From positions 1 to 64,000 of IMG/VR virus record IMGVR_UViG_3300031998_000051: a stretch of 64,000 nucleotides of DNA; one strand, 5' to 3'. The DNA comes from a virus (taxonomy: Duplodnaviria; Caudoviricetes). The first letter of the stretch is position 1. Each line of letters opens with the position of its first letter. Of this stretch, positions 1-9,979 are shown one piece after another. The notes below the pieces were generated by a model. It did no database searches. It saw only the letters and a list, made by a program, of their open reading frames with translations, and was not told where the DNA came from. The position numbers and the translations under genes were made by a program.

Positions 1-102
1 CTCTCGAAAAAACTTTTTTGAGTTCAAAGACCGGATTGACCTATCCTGACTTTTAACCGCCGCCCTGGGCGGCTATCTGGACATGAAAATGAAGGTGAAA
101 TA

Positions 103-672
103 ATGGCTAAAGACGGCACCAATCGCGGCGGCAGACGCCCACGGTCAGGGCCGAATAAAGAATCGCTTGCAGATAAAGCGATGAAGGGACGCGCAGCCAA
201 CGTTATGGAATTTCCGACCGTAGCGCTTGAAGCTGGCGACCTGCCCGAACCGGCAGAGCTTGAAGGCGTGGATATGCCGAAGCCGAGTGATTACCTGTCC
301 GCGATGCAGCGTGACGGCAAACCGCTCGGCGCTGACAAGCTCTATATAGAAACCATGAAATGGCTAAGGGCGAGAGGATGCGACAAGCTGATAAACCATC
401 GGCAAGTGGAGAGCTTCGCTGAGACGTTTGCCAGGTATATCCAATGCTCCAGGATGATCAGCGAGAAGGGCTTCATCGCCAAGCATCCGACCACAGAAGC
501 GCCAATCAAAAGCCCGTTTGTGGAAATGCAGCTCGCATATCAGAAACAGGCGAATGTGATCTGGTATGAAATCTTCCAGGTGGTGAAGGAGAACAGCCTG
601 ACGCCGTATGAGGGCGTCCCGACTGGCGATGGTATGGAGGCGCTGATTATGGGAGGGAAGAAGCCATGGTAG
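103..672 (+). CDS. terS: Terminase small subunit (P27 family)
   Basis: MAKDGTNRGGRRPRSG N-terminus and PAELEGVDMPKPSDYLSAMQR motif typical of Bacillota P27-type TerS; directly upstream of TerL. Confidence 0.85.
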   Translation: MAKDGTNRGGRRPRSGPNKESLADKAMKGRAANVMEFPTVALEAGDLPEPAELEGVDMPKPSDYLSAMQRDGKPLGADKLYIETMKWLRARGCDKLINHRQVESFAETFARYIQCSRMISEKGFIAKHPTTEAPIKSPFVEMQLAYQKQANVIWYEIFQVVKENSLTPYEGVPTGDGMEALIMGGKKPW

Positions 673-2255
673 GCTACAAACCCACCCGATTCATGGCAAA
701 GTCCAGCCGATATAATAAAGCCGCCGCCGATCACGCTGTGAACTTCATCCAGAAGCTGACGCATACCAAAGGCAAATGGGCAAAACAGCCGTTTGAGTTG
801 CTTCCGTGGCAAGAGCGGATCATCCGGGATGTGTTCGGAACCATCAAGAAGAATGGATTCCGGCAGTTCAACACGGCATACATCGAGATTCCAAAGAAGA
901 ACGGAAAATCCGAGTTGGCTGCCGCTGTTGCGCTGTATCTCCTATGTGCTGACTATGAGGATGGCGCAGAGGTTTACGGCTGCGCGGCTGATCGTCAGCA
1001 GGCGTCTATCGTATTCGATGTTGCCGCCGAGATGGTCCGTAATTCCGCAACGCTGTCGAAGTGGCTGAAGGTAAACAAATCTCAAAAGCGCATCATGTTC
1101 CCGGCAAAGAACAGCTATTATCAGGTGTTGTCTGCCGAGGCATTCACCAAGCACGGTTTGAATGTGCATGGTGTTATTTTTGATGAGTTGCATGCCCAGC
1201 CGAATAGAAACCTGTTTGATGTTATGACGAAGGGCTCCGGCGATGCGAGAACGCAGCCGCTGTACTTCCTCATCACTACTGCAGGCACAGACATTTATTC
1301 CGTATGCTATGAACAGCACCAGAAGGCGCTGGACATCATTAACGGAAAGAAGCATGATCCGACTTTCTATCCAGTGGTGTATGGTGCTGCTGATGGTGAC
1401 GATTGGACGGATCCAAAGGTATGGGCAAAAGCCAATCCGTCGCTCGGCTATACCATCGATATTGAGAAGGTAAAAGCAGCCTGCGACAGCGCCCAGGAGA
1501 CACCGACGGAGGAGAACGTCTTTAGGCAGCTTCGCCTTAATCAATGGGTGCATCAGGCTGTCAGATGGATGCAGATGTCAAAATGGGAAGCCTGTGAATT
1601 CGATTTTGATGAAAGCGTCCTTGAAGGCCGTGTCTGCTATGGCGGTCTGGACTTGTCAACCACGACGGATATAACCGCATTTGTGTTGGTATTCCCGCCG
1701 GAGGACGAGGAAGATAAATACTATATCCTTCCATATTTCTGGATCCCGGGAGACAACATTGAGGCAAGGGTCAGGCGTGACAGAGTGCCATATGACATCT
1801 GGGAGAAAAAGGGATACCTCCGCACCACAGAAGGCAATGTACTTGACTACACGTTCATTGAAAACTTCATCATTGATTTGAGCGAACGATTCAATATTCG
1901 TGAAATCGCATATGACCGATGGGGCGCTCCGCAGATGGTTCAAACGCTGGAAGGCGCTGGTCTTACGGTCGTGACATTCGGTCAGGGCTTCAAGAGCATG
2001 AGCCAGCCGTCAAAGGAGCTTGAACGTCTGGTATTGAGCAAAGGCATCGTTCACAACGGCCATCCGGTTCTTTACTGGATGATGGATAACGTGGTGATGG
2101 ATGTGGATGCTCACGGGAACATTGCACCAACAAAAAAGCGCTCGACCGAGAAAATTGACGGTGTTGTCGCCCTGATCATGGCGCTTGCAAGGGCGGTTTT
2201 GAATGGCTACGATGACGGTTCCAGCATCTACGATGACGGGATCATGTTCATCTGA
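666..2255 (+). CDS. terL: Terminase large subunit (Terminase_1, HK97-like)
   Basis: Walker A IPKKNGKS, Walker B VIFDELH, ITTAG motif, nuclease GGLDLS and KIDGVVALIMA. Confidence 0.97.
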   Translation: MVGYKPTRFMAKSSRYNKAAADHAVNFIQKLTHTKGKWAKQPFELLPWQERIIRDVFGTIKKNGFRQFNTAYIEIPKKNGKSELAAAVALYLLCADYEDGAEVYGCAADRQQASIVFDVAAEMVRNSATLSKWLKVNKSQKRIMFPAKNSYYQVLSAEAFTKHGLNVHGVIFDELHAQPNRNLFDVMTKGSGDARTQPLYFLITTAGTDIYSVCYEQHQKALDIINGKKHDPTFYPVVYGAADGDDWTDPKVWAKANPSLGYTIDIEKVKAACDSAQETPTEENVFRQLRLNQWVHQAVRWMQMSKWEACEFDFDESVLEGRVCYGGLDLSTTTDITAFVLVFPPEDEEDKYYILPYFWIPGDNIEARVRRDRVPYDIWEKKGYLRTTEGNVLDYTFIENFIIDLSERFNIREIAYDRWGAPQMVQTLEGAGLTVVTFGQGFKSMSQPSKELERLVLSKGIVHNGHPVLYWMMDNVVMDVDAHGNIAPTKKRSTEKIDGVVALIMALARAVLNGYDDGSSIYDDGIMFI

Positions 2256-2375
2256 AGCGGGAAAAACCAGGCTTATTTTGTGTCGCCGTTTAATATGTTC
2301 TTAACATAATGAAGCATCAGAAAAGGGTCGTTTGTGCCGCCGGATGACGCTGAAAAGAAGCTCAACCGACCAAAA

Positions 2376-2703
2376 TTCACAACCTAATTCACAACCTGTT
2401 CACATGTGAAAACAGGTTGTGAAAAACTTGGTTTTGTTAATGAATCGAAAAGAAACCAGAGGGGCGTGGTTGTGCATATTGTACAAACGGCACGGTGGAC
2501 GCTTTGCGCGTCCTGTCCTAACGACTTAACACGGATTTTTTCACAACCGCTGGTATATATAGGGTTGTGAATGCGAATGCGAATGCGGGCGTTGCGTCCC
2601 ACACATGGGAGGGGCTAAAAAGCCGCCCCTCCATGTGAAGGACACACGCAACTTTTTGAGTTGTGAAAAGCCGGATTCGCAGGTTGTGAAAACAGGTTGT
2701 GAA
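2376..2703. repeat. Non-coding element with iterated TTCACAACC/GGTTGTGAA motifs, a TATATATA-containing palindrome and a hairpin (copy 1)
   Basis: About 8 exact or near copies of the 9-mer in both orientations; 2536-2578 nearly identical to 40922-40962; hairpin 2602-2637. Confidence 0.8.
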
Positions 2704-2759
2704 TGCCAAAATGAAAAGGCATGAAATAACAAACACTTAACAAACAGGAGTGAAAGCAA

Positions 2760-3995
2760 ATGAGTGTGTTCTCCCGGATTTTTAAGGCGCGTGACAAGCC
2801 CTATACCAACGCATTGACTGGTGCAAGGTTTCTGCCCTGGCTCGGACAGACCAATGCAGGCGAAGTGATAACCGAAAGAAATGCTTTGCAGATGACAGCG
2901 GTTTATGCCTGTGTCCGAATCATAGCCGAGGCAATGGCAGGATTGCCGCTTCACGTCTACAAGTACACCGATAACGGGAGCAAGGAAAAAGATTATAAGC
3001 ATCCGCTGTATCACCTGCTCCACAATGAGCCGAATCCCGAAATGACATCGTTCATTTGGCGCGAGACCGCCATGACGCATATGTTGTTGTGGGGCAACTC
3101 ATACAGTCAGATTATTCGGGACAGGGCTGGTCGGGTGATCGGATTATATCCGTTGATGCCTGACCGCATGAAGGTAGACCGTGATGATGACGGCAAATTG
3201 TATTATGAGTACACGATGCGATCTGATGATGGTGCAAAGGGTGAAACCGGCACCATTCGGATGCAGCCGAAAGATGTGCTCCATGTTCCTGCCCTGGGCT
3301 TTGATGGGCTTGTCGGTTATTCGCCTATCGCAATGGCTAAGAACGCTATCGGACTGTCTATGGCCGCTGAAAAATACGGCGCTAAGTTCTTTGCGGAAGG
3401 CGGGACACCGAAGGGCATTCTGACAATGCCGAATCTCGTCAAGAATTACGACAAAATCCGTGAGACGTGGCGAGAGGGTATGTACAACACCCGCGCAGGC
3501 GCTAATGTCGCCATTCTTGAGAAAGGCGCGGAATACAAGCCTGTTTCCATCAACCCATCCGATGCCCAGTTCCTTGAAACCCGGAAATTCCAAATCGATG
3601 AAATAGCGCGAATCTTCCGAATCCCGCCGCATATGATCGGCGACCTGGAGCGTGCGACATTTTCAAATATCGAAAATCAATCTCTCGAGTTTGTGAAATA
3701 CACTATTGACCCGTGGGTGGCTCGTTGGGAGCAGTCAATGTGTCGTGCCCTGTTCAACGAAAAGGAAAAGCAGAGCATGTTCATCAAGTTCAATGTGGAT
3801 GGCCTTCTGCGCGGCGACTATAAAACCCGCATGGAAGGTTATTCTATTGCGCGGCAAAACGGATGGATGTCCATGAATGAAATTCGTGAACTTGAAAATC
3901 TGGATCGTGTTCCGGCTGAACAGGGCGGCGATGCTTATCTGGTCAACGGCAATATGATTCCCGTTACCCGCGCCATGAAAGGTGGTGAAGACTAA
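2760..3995 (+). CDS. Portal protein, HK97 family
   Basis: AVYACVRIIAEAMAGLPL, LLWGNSY, GLVGYSPI, IARIFRIPPHMIG motifs. Confidence 0.97.
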   Translation: MSVFSRIFKARDKPYTNALTGARFLPWLGQTNAGEVITERNALQMTAVYACVRIIAEAMAGLPLHVYKYTDNGSKEKDYKHPLYHLLHNEPNPEMTSFIWRETAMTHMLLWGNSYSQIIRDRAGRVIGLYPLMPDRMKVDRDDDGKLYYEYTMRSDDGAKGETGTIRMQPKDVLHVPALGFDGLVGYSPIAMAKNAIGLSMAAEKYGAKFFAEGGTPKGILTMPNLVKNYDKIRETWREGMYNTRAGANVAILEKGAEYKPVSINPSDAQFLETRKFQIDEIARIFRIPPHMIGDLERATFSNIENQSLEFVKYTIDPWVARWEQSMCRALFNEKEKQSMFIKFNVDGLLRGDYKTRMEGYSIARQNGWMSMNEIRELENLDRVPAEQGGDAYLVNGNMIPVTRAMKGGED

Positions 3996-3997
3996 AT

Positions 3998-4432
3998 GTG
4001 AAAGTGAAGTTGGTTTATGGGTGTCCATGTTCTGGAAAAAGCACCTATGTAGGCGAACACGCGACAGATGCCGATTTGATTTACGACTATGACGCTTTGT
4101 TGTCTGCTATGACCACTCAAAAAGAGCATTTAGCAGCACGGCATAAAGCGCATTTCATTCTGCTTGAATTGCGTAAGTCGCTTGTTGACATCGCCTCTCA
4201 AAAAGATTCCATCGAAACACTCTGGATGCAGTGCTGATGGCCCACAGACACGCTGAAAGAGATTCTTGAAGGGCAGGACGTTGAGGAAGTTTTCATCCAG
4301 GCTACCAAAGACGAATGCTATGAACGGCTCGAAGCCGATGATAGCCGCCCGGATAAGGACGAATGGAAAGCCATTATCGATGCGTGGTTCGAAGAACATG
4401 GCGGATCCGCAGGAAAGGAGGACAAAGGCCAG
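3998..4432 (+). pseudogene. P-loop (AAA_33/kinase-like) protein interrupted by a single in-frame TGA at 4235-4237; frame continues into the protease
   Basis: Walker A YGCPCSGKST; after ...WMQC-TGA the same frame reads WPTDTLKEIL...ECYERLEADDSRPDKDEWKAIIDAWF with no stop up to ATG 4433. Confidence 0.7.
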
Positions 4433-5314
4433 ATGAGTAAATTCTGGAACTTCACGAGTAAAACCGTGACCGATGATGCCGGAAACAGCAAGCAGGTCGG
4501 TGTTTTGCGTATTGATGGTCCCATCGACACTGAAGTGTGGTGGGGCGATGAAGTGACGCCTGATTCTTTCAGAACCGAACTGGAAGCGCATCCCGGCGAC
4601 ATCGAGGTTTATATCAACAGTCCCGGCGGCAATGTTATCGCCGCTTCGCAGATTTACACGATGCTCGTTGAACACAAGGGCAACGTGGTCGTGAAGATCG
4701 AGGGTATCGCCGCGAGCGCCGCAAGCATTATCGCTATGGCCGGAACCACCGTATTGATGGCTCCTGTGGCCTACATGATGATTCATGGCGCGTCTACTAT
4801 CGCACTGGGAAACGAGAAAGACATGAGGCATGAAGCGGATGTTCTTGCCGAGATCGACAAGGGTATCCGAGATGCTTATTGTCTGAAAACCGGTCTGCGT
4901 GAAAGCAAGATCGCCCAGATGATGGAAGACGAGACTTGGATGTCCGCAAAGACCTGTATCAGCCTGGGATTCGCCGATGGATACATCGGCAAAGATAACC
5001 AGGAGCCGGAAACGGATGAAAAGCAGGAGGATGCGGAAAACGCCTCTGCTGCGGAAAAAGCTCCGATGCTTTCGGTGGCATGGAGCGGACGCAAGCAGTT
5101 TGCGGCTTTGCTAAGGGCTGCTGGAATCATCAATCCCGCTGATTTGTTCGAGCAGACAAAGCGGACTGATGCCGTAGATAATACGCCTGAACAGCCCGAA
5201 CAGGAAAAGCCCGAAGATCCCGAAAAGCCCGCGCCGGAATCCGAAAAGGAGCCGGAGAATATCGGCGTAGACGCAAAGCAGTTCTATGACCGACTGAATG
5301 CAATCAAAATCTGA
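4433..5314 (+). CDS. ClpP-like prohead maturation protease
   Basis: INSPGG, GIAASAASII, MMIH, ETWMSAK..LGFAD motifs; strong RBS AGGAAAGGAGG. Confidence 0.93.
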   Translation: MSKFWNFTSKTVTDDAGNSKQVGVLRIDGPIDTEVWWGDEVTPDSFRTELEAHPGDIEVYINSPGGNVIAASQIYTMLVEHKGNVVVKIEGIAASAASIIAMAGTTVLMAPVAYMMIHGASTIALGNEKDMRHEADVLAEIDKGIRDAYCLKTGLRESKIAQMMEDETWMSAKTCISLGFADGYIGKDNQEPETDEKQEDAENASAAEKAPMLSVAWSGRKQFAALLRAAGIINPADLFEQTKRTDAVDNTPEQPEQEKPEDPEKPAPESEKEPENIGVDAKQFYDRLNAIKI

Positions 5315-5330
5315 AAGGAGAACAACAGCA

Positions 5331-6512
5331 ATGAACATCAACGATATCATCAGCAAGCGCGCTTCCCTGTGGGAAGAGACTAAGAATTTCCTTGACAGCC
5401 ACGTCCAGGAGAACGGCACCATGTCCGCCGAAGACGCTCAGACCTATGAGCGGATGGAGGCCGACATCAATAACATGACTGCGCAGATCGAGCGCATGCA
5501 GCGGATCGCCGACATGGAGAATTCCATGAAGCAGCCCACCACTACGCCGATCACCGAGAAGCCCATGAACGGCGTCGATGTGAAGGCTGGCCGGGCGTCC
5601 GATGCCTACAAGAAGAGCTTCAGCTCTTACCTGCGTGGCAACTTCAACAACGACATCTCTCCGCTGATGCAGGAAGGCACCGCTTCTGCGGGTGGCTACC
5701 TGGTTCCTGAGGAGTACGAGCGCCAGATCGTCGAGGACATCGCCGATCAGAATGTGATTCGTGGTATCGCTCATGTGATTCGCACCAACGGTGACCACAA
5801 CATCACCGTTCCGCTGAACCACACCGCCGCGCAGTGGCTGGGCGAGGGGGAATCTTATTCCCTGAGCGCTCCCACCTTCAACCGCATCGTGCTGAAGTCC
5901 AAGAAGCTGGGCATCATCGTTCCGATCACCGAGGAGCTGCTGGCAGATTCCGCTCTGAATGCCGAGAGCTATATCAACGCTGACATCGCCCGCGCCTTCG
6001 CAAAGGCTGAGGAGACCGGCTTCTGCACCGGTGACGGCACCAATGGCCCGACCGGCATCTTCACCGCCGATGGTGGTGCTGTTGGTGTAACCACTTCCGG
6101 CAATGTTCCCACTGCCGATGAGATCATCTCCCTGGTGTATGCCCTGCGCCTGCCCTATCGTCGCAACGCCAAGTTCCTGATGAACGACGGCACCGTGGCG
6201 GCGATCCGCAAGCTGAAGGACGGCAACGGCGTGTACATGTGGCAGCCCGCTCTGGCGGCTGGTCAGCCCGATAAGCTCCTGGGCTATGACCTGATCACCA
6301 CCGCCTACGCGCCCGACATTGAAGCGGGTGCGCGTGTTGCGGCCTTCGGCGATTTCAACTATTTCTGGATCGGTGACCGTGTCGGCCTGTCCATCCAGCG
6401 TCTGAACGAGCGCTATGCTGACCAGGGCGTCATCGCTTTCAAGGCGTTCCAGCGCTCTGACGCGAAGGTCGTCCTGCCGGAAGCCATCCAGGTTCTGAAG
6501 ATGAGGGCTTAA
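5331..6512 (+). CDS. Major capsid protein, HK97 fold
   Basis: Coiled-coil delta domain, GGYLVPEE, GDGTNGPTGI, LLGYDL, FGDFNYFWIGDR; RBS AAGGAG before ATG 5331. Confidence 0.97.
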   Translation: MNINDIISKRASLWEETKNFLDSHVQENGTMSAEDAQTYERMEADINNMTAQIERMQRIADMENSMKQPTTTPITEKPMNGVDVKAGRASDAYKKSFSSYLRGNFNNDISPLMQEGTASAGGYLVPEEYERQIVEDIADQNVIRGIAHVIRTNGDHNITVPLNHTAAQWLGEGESYSLSAPTFNRIVLKSKKLGIIVPITEELLADSALNAESYINADIARAFAKAEETGFCTGDGTNGPTGIFTADGGAVGVTTSGNVPTADEIISLVYALRLPYRRNAKFLMNDGTVAAIRKLKDGNGVYMWQPALAAGQPDKLLGYDLITTAYAPDIEAGARVAAFGDFNYFWIGDRVGLSIQRLNERYADQGVIAFKAFQRSDAKVVLPEAIQVLKMRA

Positions 6513-6550
6513 TAAGCCTTCGTCTTCAGACTTGAAAAGGAGGGTTGAAC

Positions 6551-7189
6551 ATGAGCTATAATGCGAAGAACTATACCGAGCAGGGCGGCGAAGTGACCCA
6601 TATCGGCGGTAAGCTGGTGTTTGACGGCGAGAATGCCGGTGGTCTGATGCCGAATCAGGCAAAGAGCACCGCAACGTCTGTCGCGGACGTCAAGGGCGAC
6701 CTCAATGCGCTTTTGCTCAAGCTGAAGAATGCCGGGCTGATGGCCGGTGATGCATTTTCTCTGACCGTTACAAAGAATGTGACGGACAGCGTGTCCGGCC
6801 ATGCGGACCGTCAGGACAATACCGGCCATATTTCGTCCGTGACTGAGAGCAATGGCGTGATCACCATCACGCTGGACAAGAAGGTCTCCGAGCTGAAGGA
6901 TTTCGATGGCGGCAACGGATGGGGCGTCCATAAGTGGCTGGGCATCGGCGTTTCTGCCGGGATCTCTCCCATCACCGGGCTGAAGTACAACGGCAGTGCG
7001 CTGACCGCCGAGGACGTGTCGGAGGCGACCAGTTGCAGCCTTGGCGCTGGATATTTCGTCCGCTGGGTTGCTGCTGACCTGGTGCTGGCCGGTGACAACA
7101 CTGAGAAGTCCGTGGACAGCTTCACGCTGTGGGCTGACGGCTATGCCGAAACCACCTACAAGCTGAAGATTGTCGAGCCGTCTGCCTGA
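6551..7189 (+). CDS. Head fibre/decoration protein with extra C-terminal domain
   Basis: MSYNAKNYTEQGG..LNALLLKLKNAGLM motif in the slot after the capsid gene. Confidence 0.65.
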   Translation: MSYNAKNYTEQGGEVTHIGGKLVFDGENAGGLMPNQAKSTATSVADVKGDLNALLLKLKNAGLMAGDAFSLTVTKNVTDSVSGHADRQDNTGHISSVTESNGVITITLDKKVSELKDFDGGNGWGVHKWLGIGVSAGISPITGLKYNGSALTAEDVSEATSCSLGAGYFVRWVAADLVLAGDNTEKSVDSFTLWADGYAETTYKLKIVEPSA

Positions 7190-7213
7190 TAAAATTCGAG
7201 AGGAGGCTATAAA

Positions 7214-7537
7214 ATGGCACTTGTCGATCTTGCCGAGGCAAAGGCATATTTGCGCGTAGACACAAGCGATGAGGACACTCTGATTAATAGCCTCCTCGCC
7301 TCTGCCCTGCATATGTGTGCGGATATCGCCCGATTGAGTGATGAGGAATGGGATGCAATCACAGCAGTTCCAACAGACGATGATTCCTTTACGCTGGAAG
7401 GACAACGCGCAACAATGCGCGTTGCCATTCTATTCGCGTTGGGCTATCTTTATGAACATCGCGAAGAAGCGAATCATACTGATCTGGATCTGACGTTGCG
7501 TAGCCTGCTGTTCTCTGTGAGAGAAGGTGCGTGGTAA
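7214..7537 (+). CDS. Head-tail connector (gp6-like)
   Basis: LAEAKAYLRVD..EDTLI..YLYEHRE motif and synteny. Confidence 0.9.
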   Translation: MALVDLAEAKAYLRVDTSDEDTLINSLLASALHMCADIARLSDEEWDAITAVPTDDDSFTLEGQRATMRVAILFALGYLYEHREEANHTDLDLTLRSLLFSVREGAW

Positions 7538-7875
7538 TGAACGTAGCCGCGATGCGTAAGCGCGTTACTATCCAGCAGAACAGCACCACTATTGACAAGT
7601 ACGGCAACCACAAACCCGCTTGGGTTGACCATTTTACTTGTTGGGCTACCATTCAGCGGCAAGGCAGCGCTTCGGATGAAACTCACGATTCGGGATACAC
7701 GCAAGAACATGAGCGCTTAAACATCACTGTTCGATGGTGCAGCGAAACGGCGGTCGTGAACTCTAAAGAGTATCGAATAACGATGGATAATCGGCTCTAT
7801 AATATCGTGGACATCGATGAAATGAATTATAAGCATAACAGCCGTAAATTCATTTGCGTCCTCGAAGAAAGGTGA
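7537..7875 (+). CDS. Head closure/head-tail adaptor
   Basis: RKRVTIQ..W.DHFTCWA..ITVRW..YNIVDIDE motif and synteny. Confidence 0.85.
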   Translation: MNVAAMRKRVTIQQNSTTIDKYGNHKPAWVDHFTCWATIQRQGSASDETHDSGYTQEHERLNITVRWCSETAVVNSKEYRITMDNRLYNIVDIDEMNYKHNSRKFICVLEER

Positions 7876-7880
7876 TTTGC

Positions 7881-8270
7881 ATGAGTAATACGCGCATAAC
7901 CGGCGTTGACGGCCTTGCAGATGCCATCAGGAGCCAGTTGGAGGCATACGGACAGCTTGCAGCAGAAGACGTGAAAAAATGCGTCAAAAGCACAAGCAGT
8001 TATGTCAAAAAAGAGATACAGGCTAATGCGCCTGCTCGCAGTGGAAAGTATAAGAAAAGCTGGGCGGTGAAAAACACCGACGAGAATTCTACTGGCCTCC
8101 AGCAAATCGTTTATTCGCGTAAGCGATACACATTGACACATCTGCTTGAAAACGGGCACGCCCTTCGCAATGGTGGCCGTGTCGCTGCGAAGCCGCACAT
8201 TGTACCAGCAGAAAAGGCTGGCAGAGAAAAATTCGAAAAGGACATCGTAAAGGCTCTTCAAAGTCATTAG
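7881..8270 (+). CDS. HK97 gp10-like neck protein
   Basis: APARSGKYKKSW, LTHLLENGHA, AKPHIVPA. Confidence 0.85.
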   Translation: MSNTRITGVDGLADAIRSQLEAYGQLAAEDVKKCVKSTSSYVKKEIQANAPARSGKYKKSWAVKNTDENSTGLQQIVYSRKRYTLTHLLENGHALRNGGRVAAKPHIVPAEKAGREKFEKDIVKALQSH

Positions 8271-8283
8271 CGAGGTGGCTGCC

Positions 8284-8628
8284 ATGACATACGCCGATAT
8301 CATGGCAATGCTTACCGAAATCGGTCTGCCATTCGCCTATGATCATTATGCGGAAGGGGAAAGCCCTGAACCGCCATTCGTTCTCTTTACTTTTCCGGGC
8401 ACGGATAATTATATGGCTGATGATGTGGTCTATGCCGAAGTGCAAGAGATCAACATTGAGCTTTACACCGATTACAAATCGCCTCCGCATGAAAAAATGG
8501 TGGAAAAGGTTCTTAATGCTCATGAAATCCCATGGGATAAGACGGAGGTTTGGATCGAAGATGAAAAGCTCTATGAAGTACTCTATGGATTTGATGTGCT
8601 TTACGATAGTGAGGAAGACGACGATTAA
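8284..8628 (+). CDS. Tail terminator/completion protein
   Basis: LPFAYDHY.EGESPEPPF..EVWIEDEKLYEVLY and synteny. Confidence 0.8.
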   Translation: MTYADIMAMLTEIGLPFAYDHYAEGESPEPPFVLFTFPGTDNYMADDVVYAEVQEINIELYTDYKSPPHEKMVEKVLNAHEIPWDKTEVWIEDEKLYEVLYGFDVLYDSEEDDD

Positions 8629-8649
8629 CCAGGAATGGAGGTAATAACC

Positions 8650-9531
8650 ATGTCTACCAATCCCACGAATAAGGTGAAGTTCGGTCTGAAGAATGCCCAT
8701 GTTGCAAAGCTGACCGAAACCGACGCTGGCGTATATTCCTTCGGTACGCCTGTCGCATTGCCCGGTTCTGTCAATCTGAGCCTCGAAGCCCAGGGCGATA
8801 CCGAGCCTTTCTATGCCGATGACGGCGTATACTATCGCTCTACCAGCAACAACGGCTATTCCGGCGATCTGGAGCTTGCCGTGGTGCCTGACTGGTTCCG
8901 CGAGACGTACCTGCGCGAGATTCTGGACAGCAATGGCGTCCTGATCGAATCCTCGCACATCACCGACCCGGTCTATTTCGCCCTGATGTTCGAGTTCTCC
9001 GGCGACAAGCACAAGATTCGTCATGTGATGTACAAGTGCTCTGTTTCCCGCCCGAGCGTCGCGTCTCAGACCCGTGAGACTTCCAACACTCCCGTCACCG
9101 AGACGTTGGCGATCACCTGCGATCCGCTGTATGACGGCATGGTTAAGGCAAAGTCCACCGCCGATATCGACAGCACGGTCTATGCTGGCTGGTTCACCAC
9201 TGTATACGTGCCGAGCCTGACCGAGGATCAGCTTAATGGTGACGCTGGAACCGCGCAGCTCTCCGCGCTGACCATCTCTGATGTGACGCTGTCTCCGACC
9301 TTTGCGGCTGGCAAGACTTCGTACACCGGCAGCACCACCGAATCGTCCGGCACCGTGACTGCCACGGCTGGCACGGGCGTTGCGGTGGCGATCACCGTCA
9401 ACGGCAACTCCATCGCCAGCGGCGGTTCTGCGACCTGGGCGACCGGCGAGAACATCGTGAGGGTGACCGCATCCAAGGCCGGTTCCGCTTCGACGACCTA
9501 CACCGTCAAGGTCACCAAGAGCGGAACCTGA
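8650..9531 (+). CDS. Major tail protein (phi13 family) with C-terminal cadherin-like beta-sandwich
   Basis: NKVKFGLKNAH, FYADDGVYY, FALMFEF; C-terminal LSALTIS..LSPTFAAGKTSYT..TYTVKVTK. Confidence 0.93.
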   Translation: MSTNPTNKVKFGLKNAHVAKLTETDAGVYSFGTPVALPGSVNLSLEAQGDTEPFYADDGVYYRSTSNNGYSGDLELAVVPDWFRETYLREILDSNGVLIESSHITDPVYFALMFEFSGDKHKIRHVMYKCSVSRPSVASQTRETSNTPVTETLAITCDPLYDGMVKAKSTADIDSTVYAGWFTTVYVPSLTEDQLNGDAGTAQLSALTISDVTLSPTFAAGKTSYTGSTTESSGTVTATAGTGVAVAITVNGNSIASGGSATWATGENIVRVTASKAGSASTTYTVKVTKSGT

Positions 9532-9542
9532 TAACACGGTTT

Positions 9543-9575
9543 GAGGGCAGGGCTTGTCCCTGCCCTGTTTTTTTC
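9543..9575 (+). terminator. Rho-independent terminator after major tail gene
   Basis: AGGGCAGGG-cttgt-CCCTGCCCT followed by a T tract. Confidence 0.85.
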
Positions 9576-9598
9576 GTATATCAAGGAGGTTGAATACC

Positions 9599-9979
9599 AT
9601 GATGGAAAAAACCGTAATGGTTGGCGACAAAGAGGTCAAGCTCAAATCCACTGCAGCTATTCCTCGAATGTATCGCACGATGTTCGGTAGTGACATTTTT
9701 CTCGACCTTCAAAAACTGCGGCAGTCCTATGCCGAGAACGTTAATCGGCAGGATGCATCCGGCTTGTCTATCGTCGATTTGACGATATTCGAGAATGTGG
9801 CGTACTGCATGGCAAAGCATGCCGATCCTTCTATCCCGTCCACCATCGATCTATGGCTTGAAGGATTCGATATGTTTTCCATCTATGACATTTTTCCCGT
9901 GATTCTTGAGCTGTGGAGCGACAATCTGCAAAGCGACGCAGAGGCTAAAAAAAACAGCCTGCAACAGAGCGAGAAATGA
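9599..9979 (+). CDS. Tail assembly chaperone (gpG-like)
   Basis: Between major tail protein and tape measure; ends at slippery A8C site. Confidence 0.85.
   Translation: MMEKTVMVGDKEVKLKSTAAIPRMYRTMFGSDIFLDLQKLRQSYAENVNRQDASGLSIVDLTIFENVAYCMAKHADPSIPSTIDLWLEGFDMFSIYDIFPVILELWSDNLQSDAEAKKNSLQQSEK

Noticed and set aside
1-102. cos site
   Set aside because: Position before terS is suggestive, but no cohesive-end sequence can be identified; it may lie just outside the window
4229-4243. Selenocysteine at TGC-TGA
   Set aside because: No SECIS-like hairpin recognised 3' of the TGA and no redox context; nonsense change or readthrough is simpler
5304-6674. 456-aa minus-strand ORF (also 8089-9696, 22382-23023, 26362-27234, 46850-47926)
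   Set aside because: Antisense shadows of codon-biased real genes (capsid, tail, GT2, RT, RAMP); no RBS or recognisable motifs
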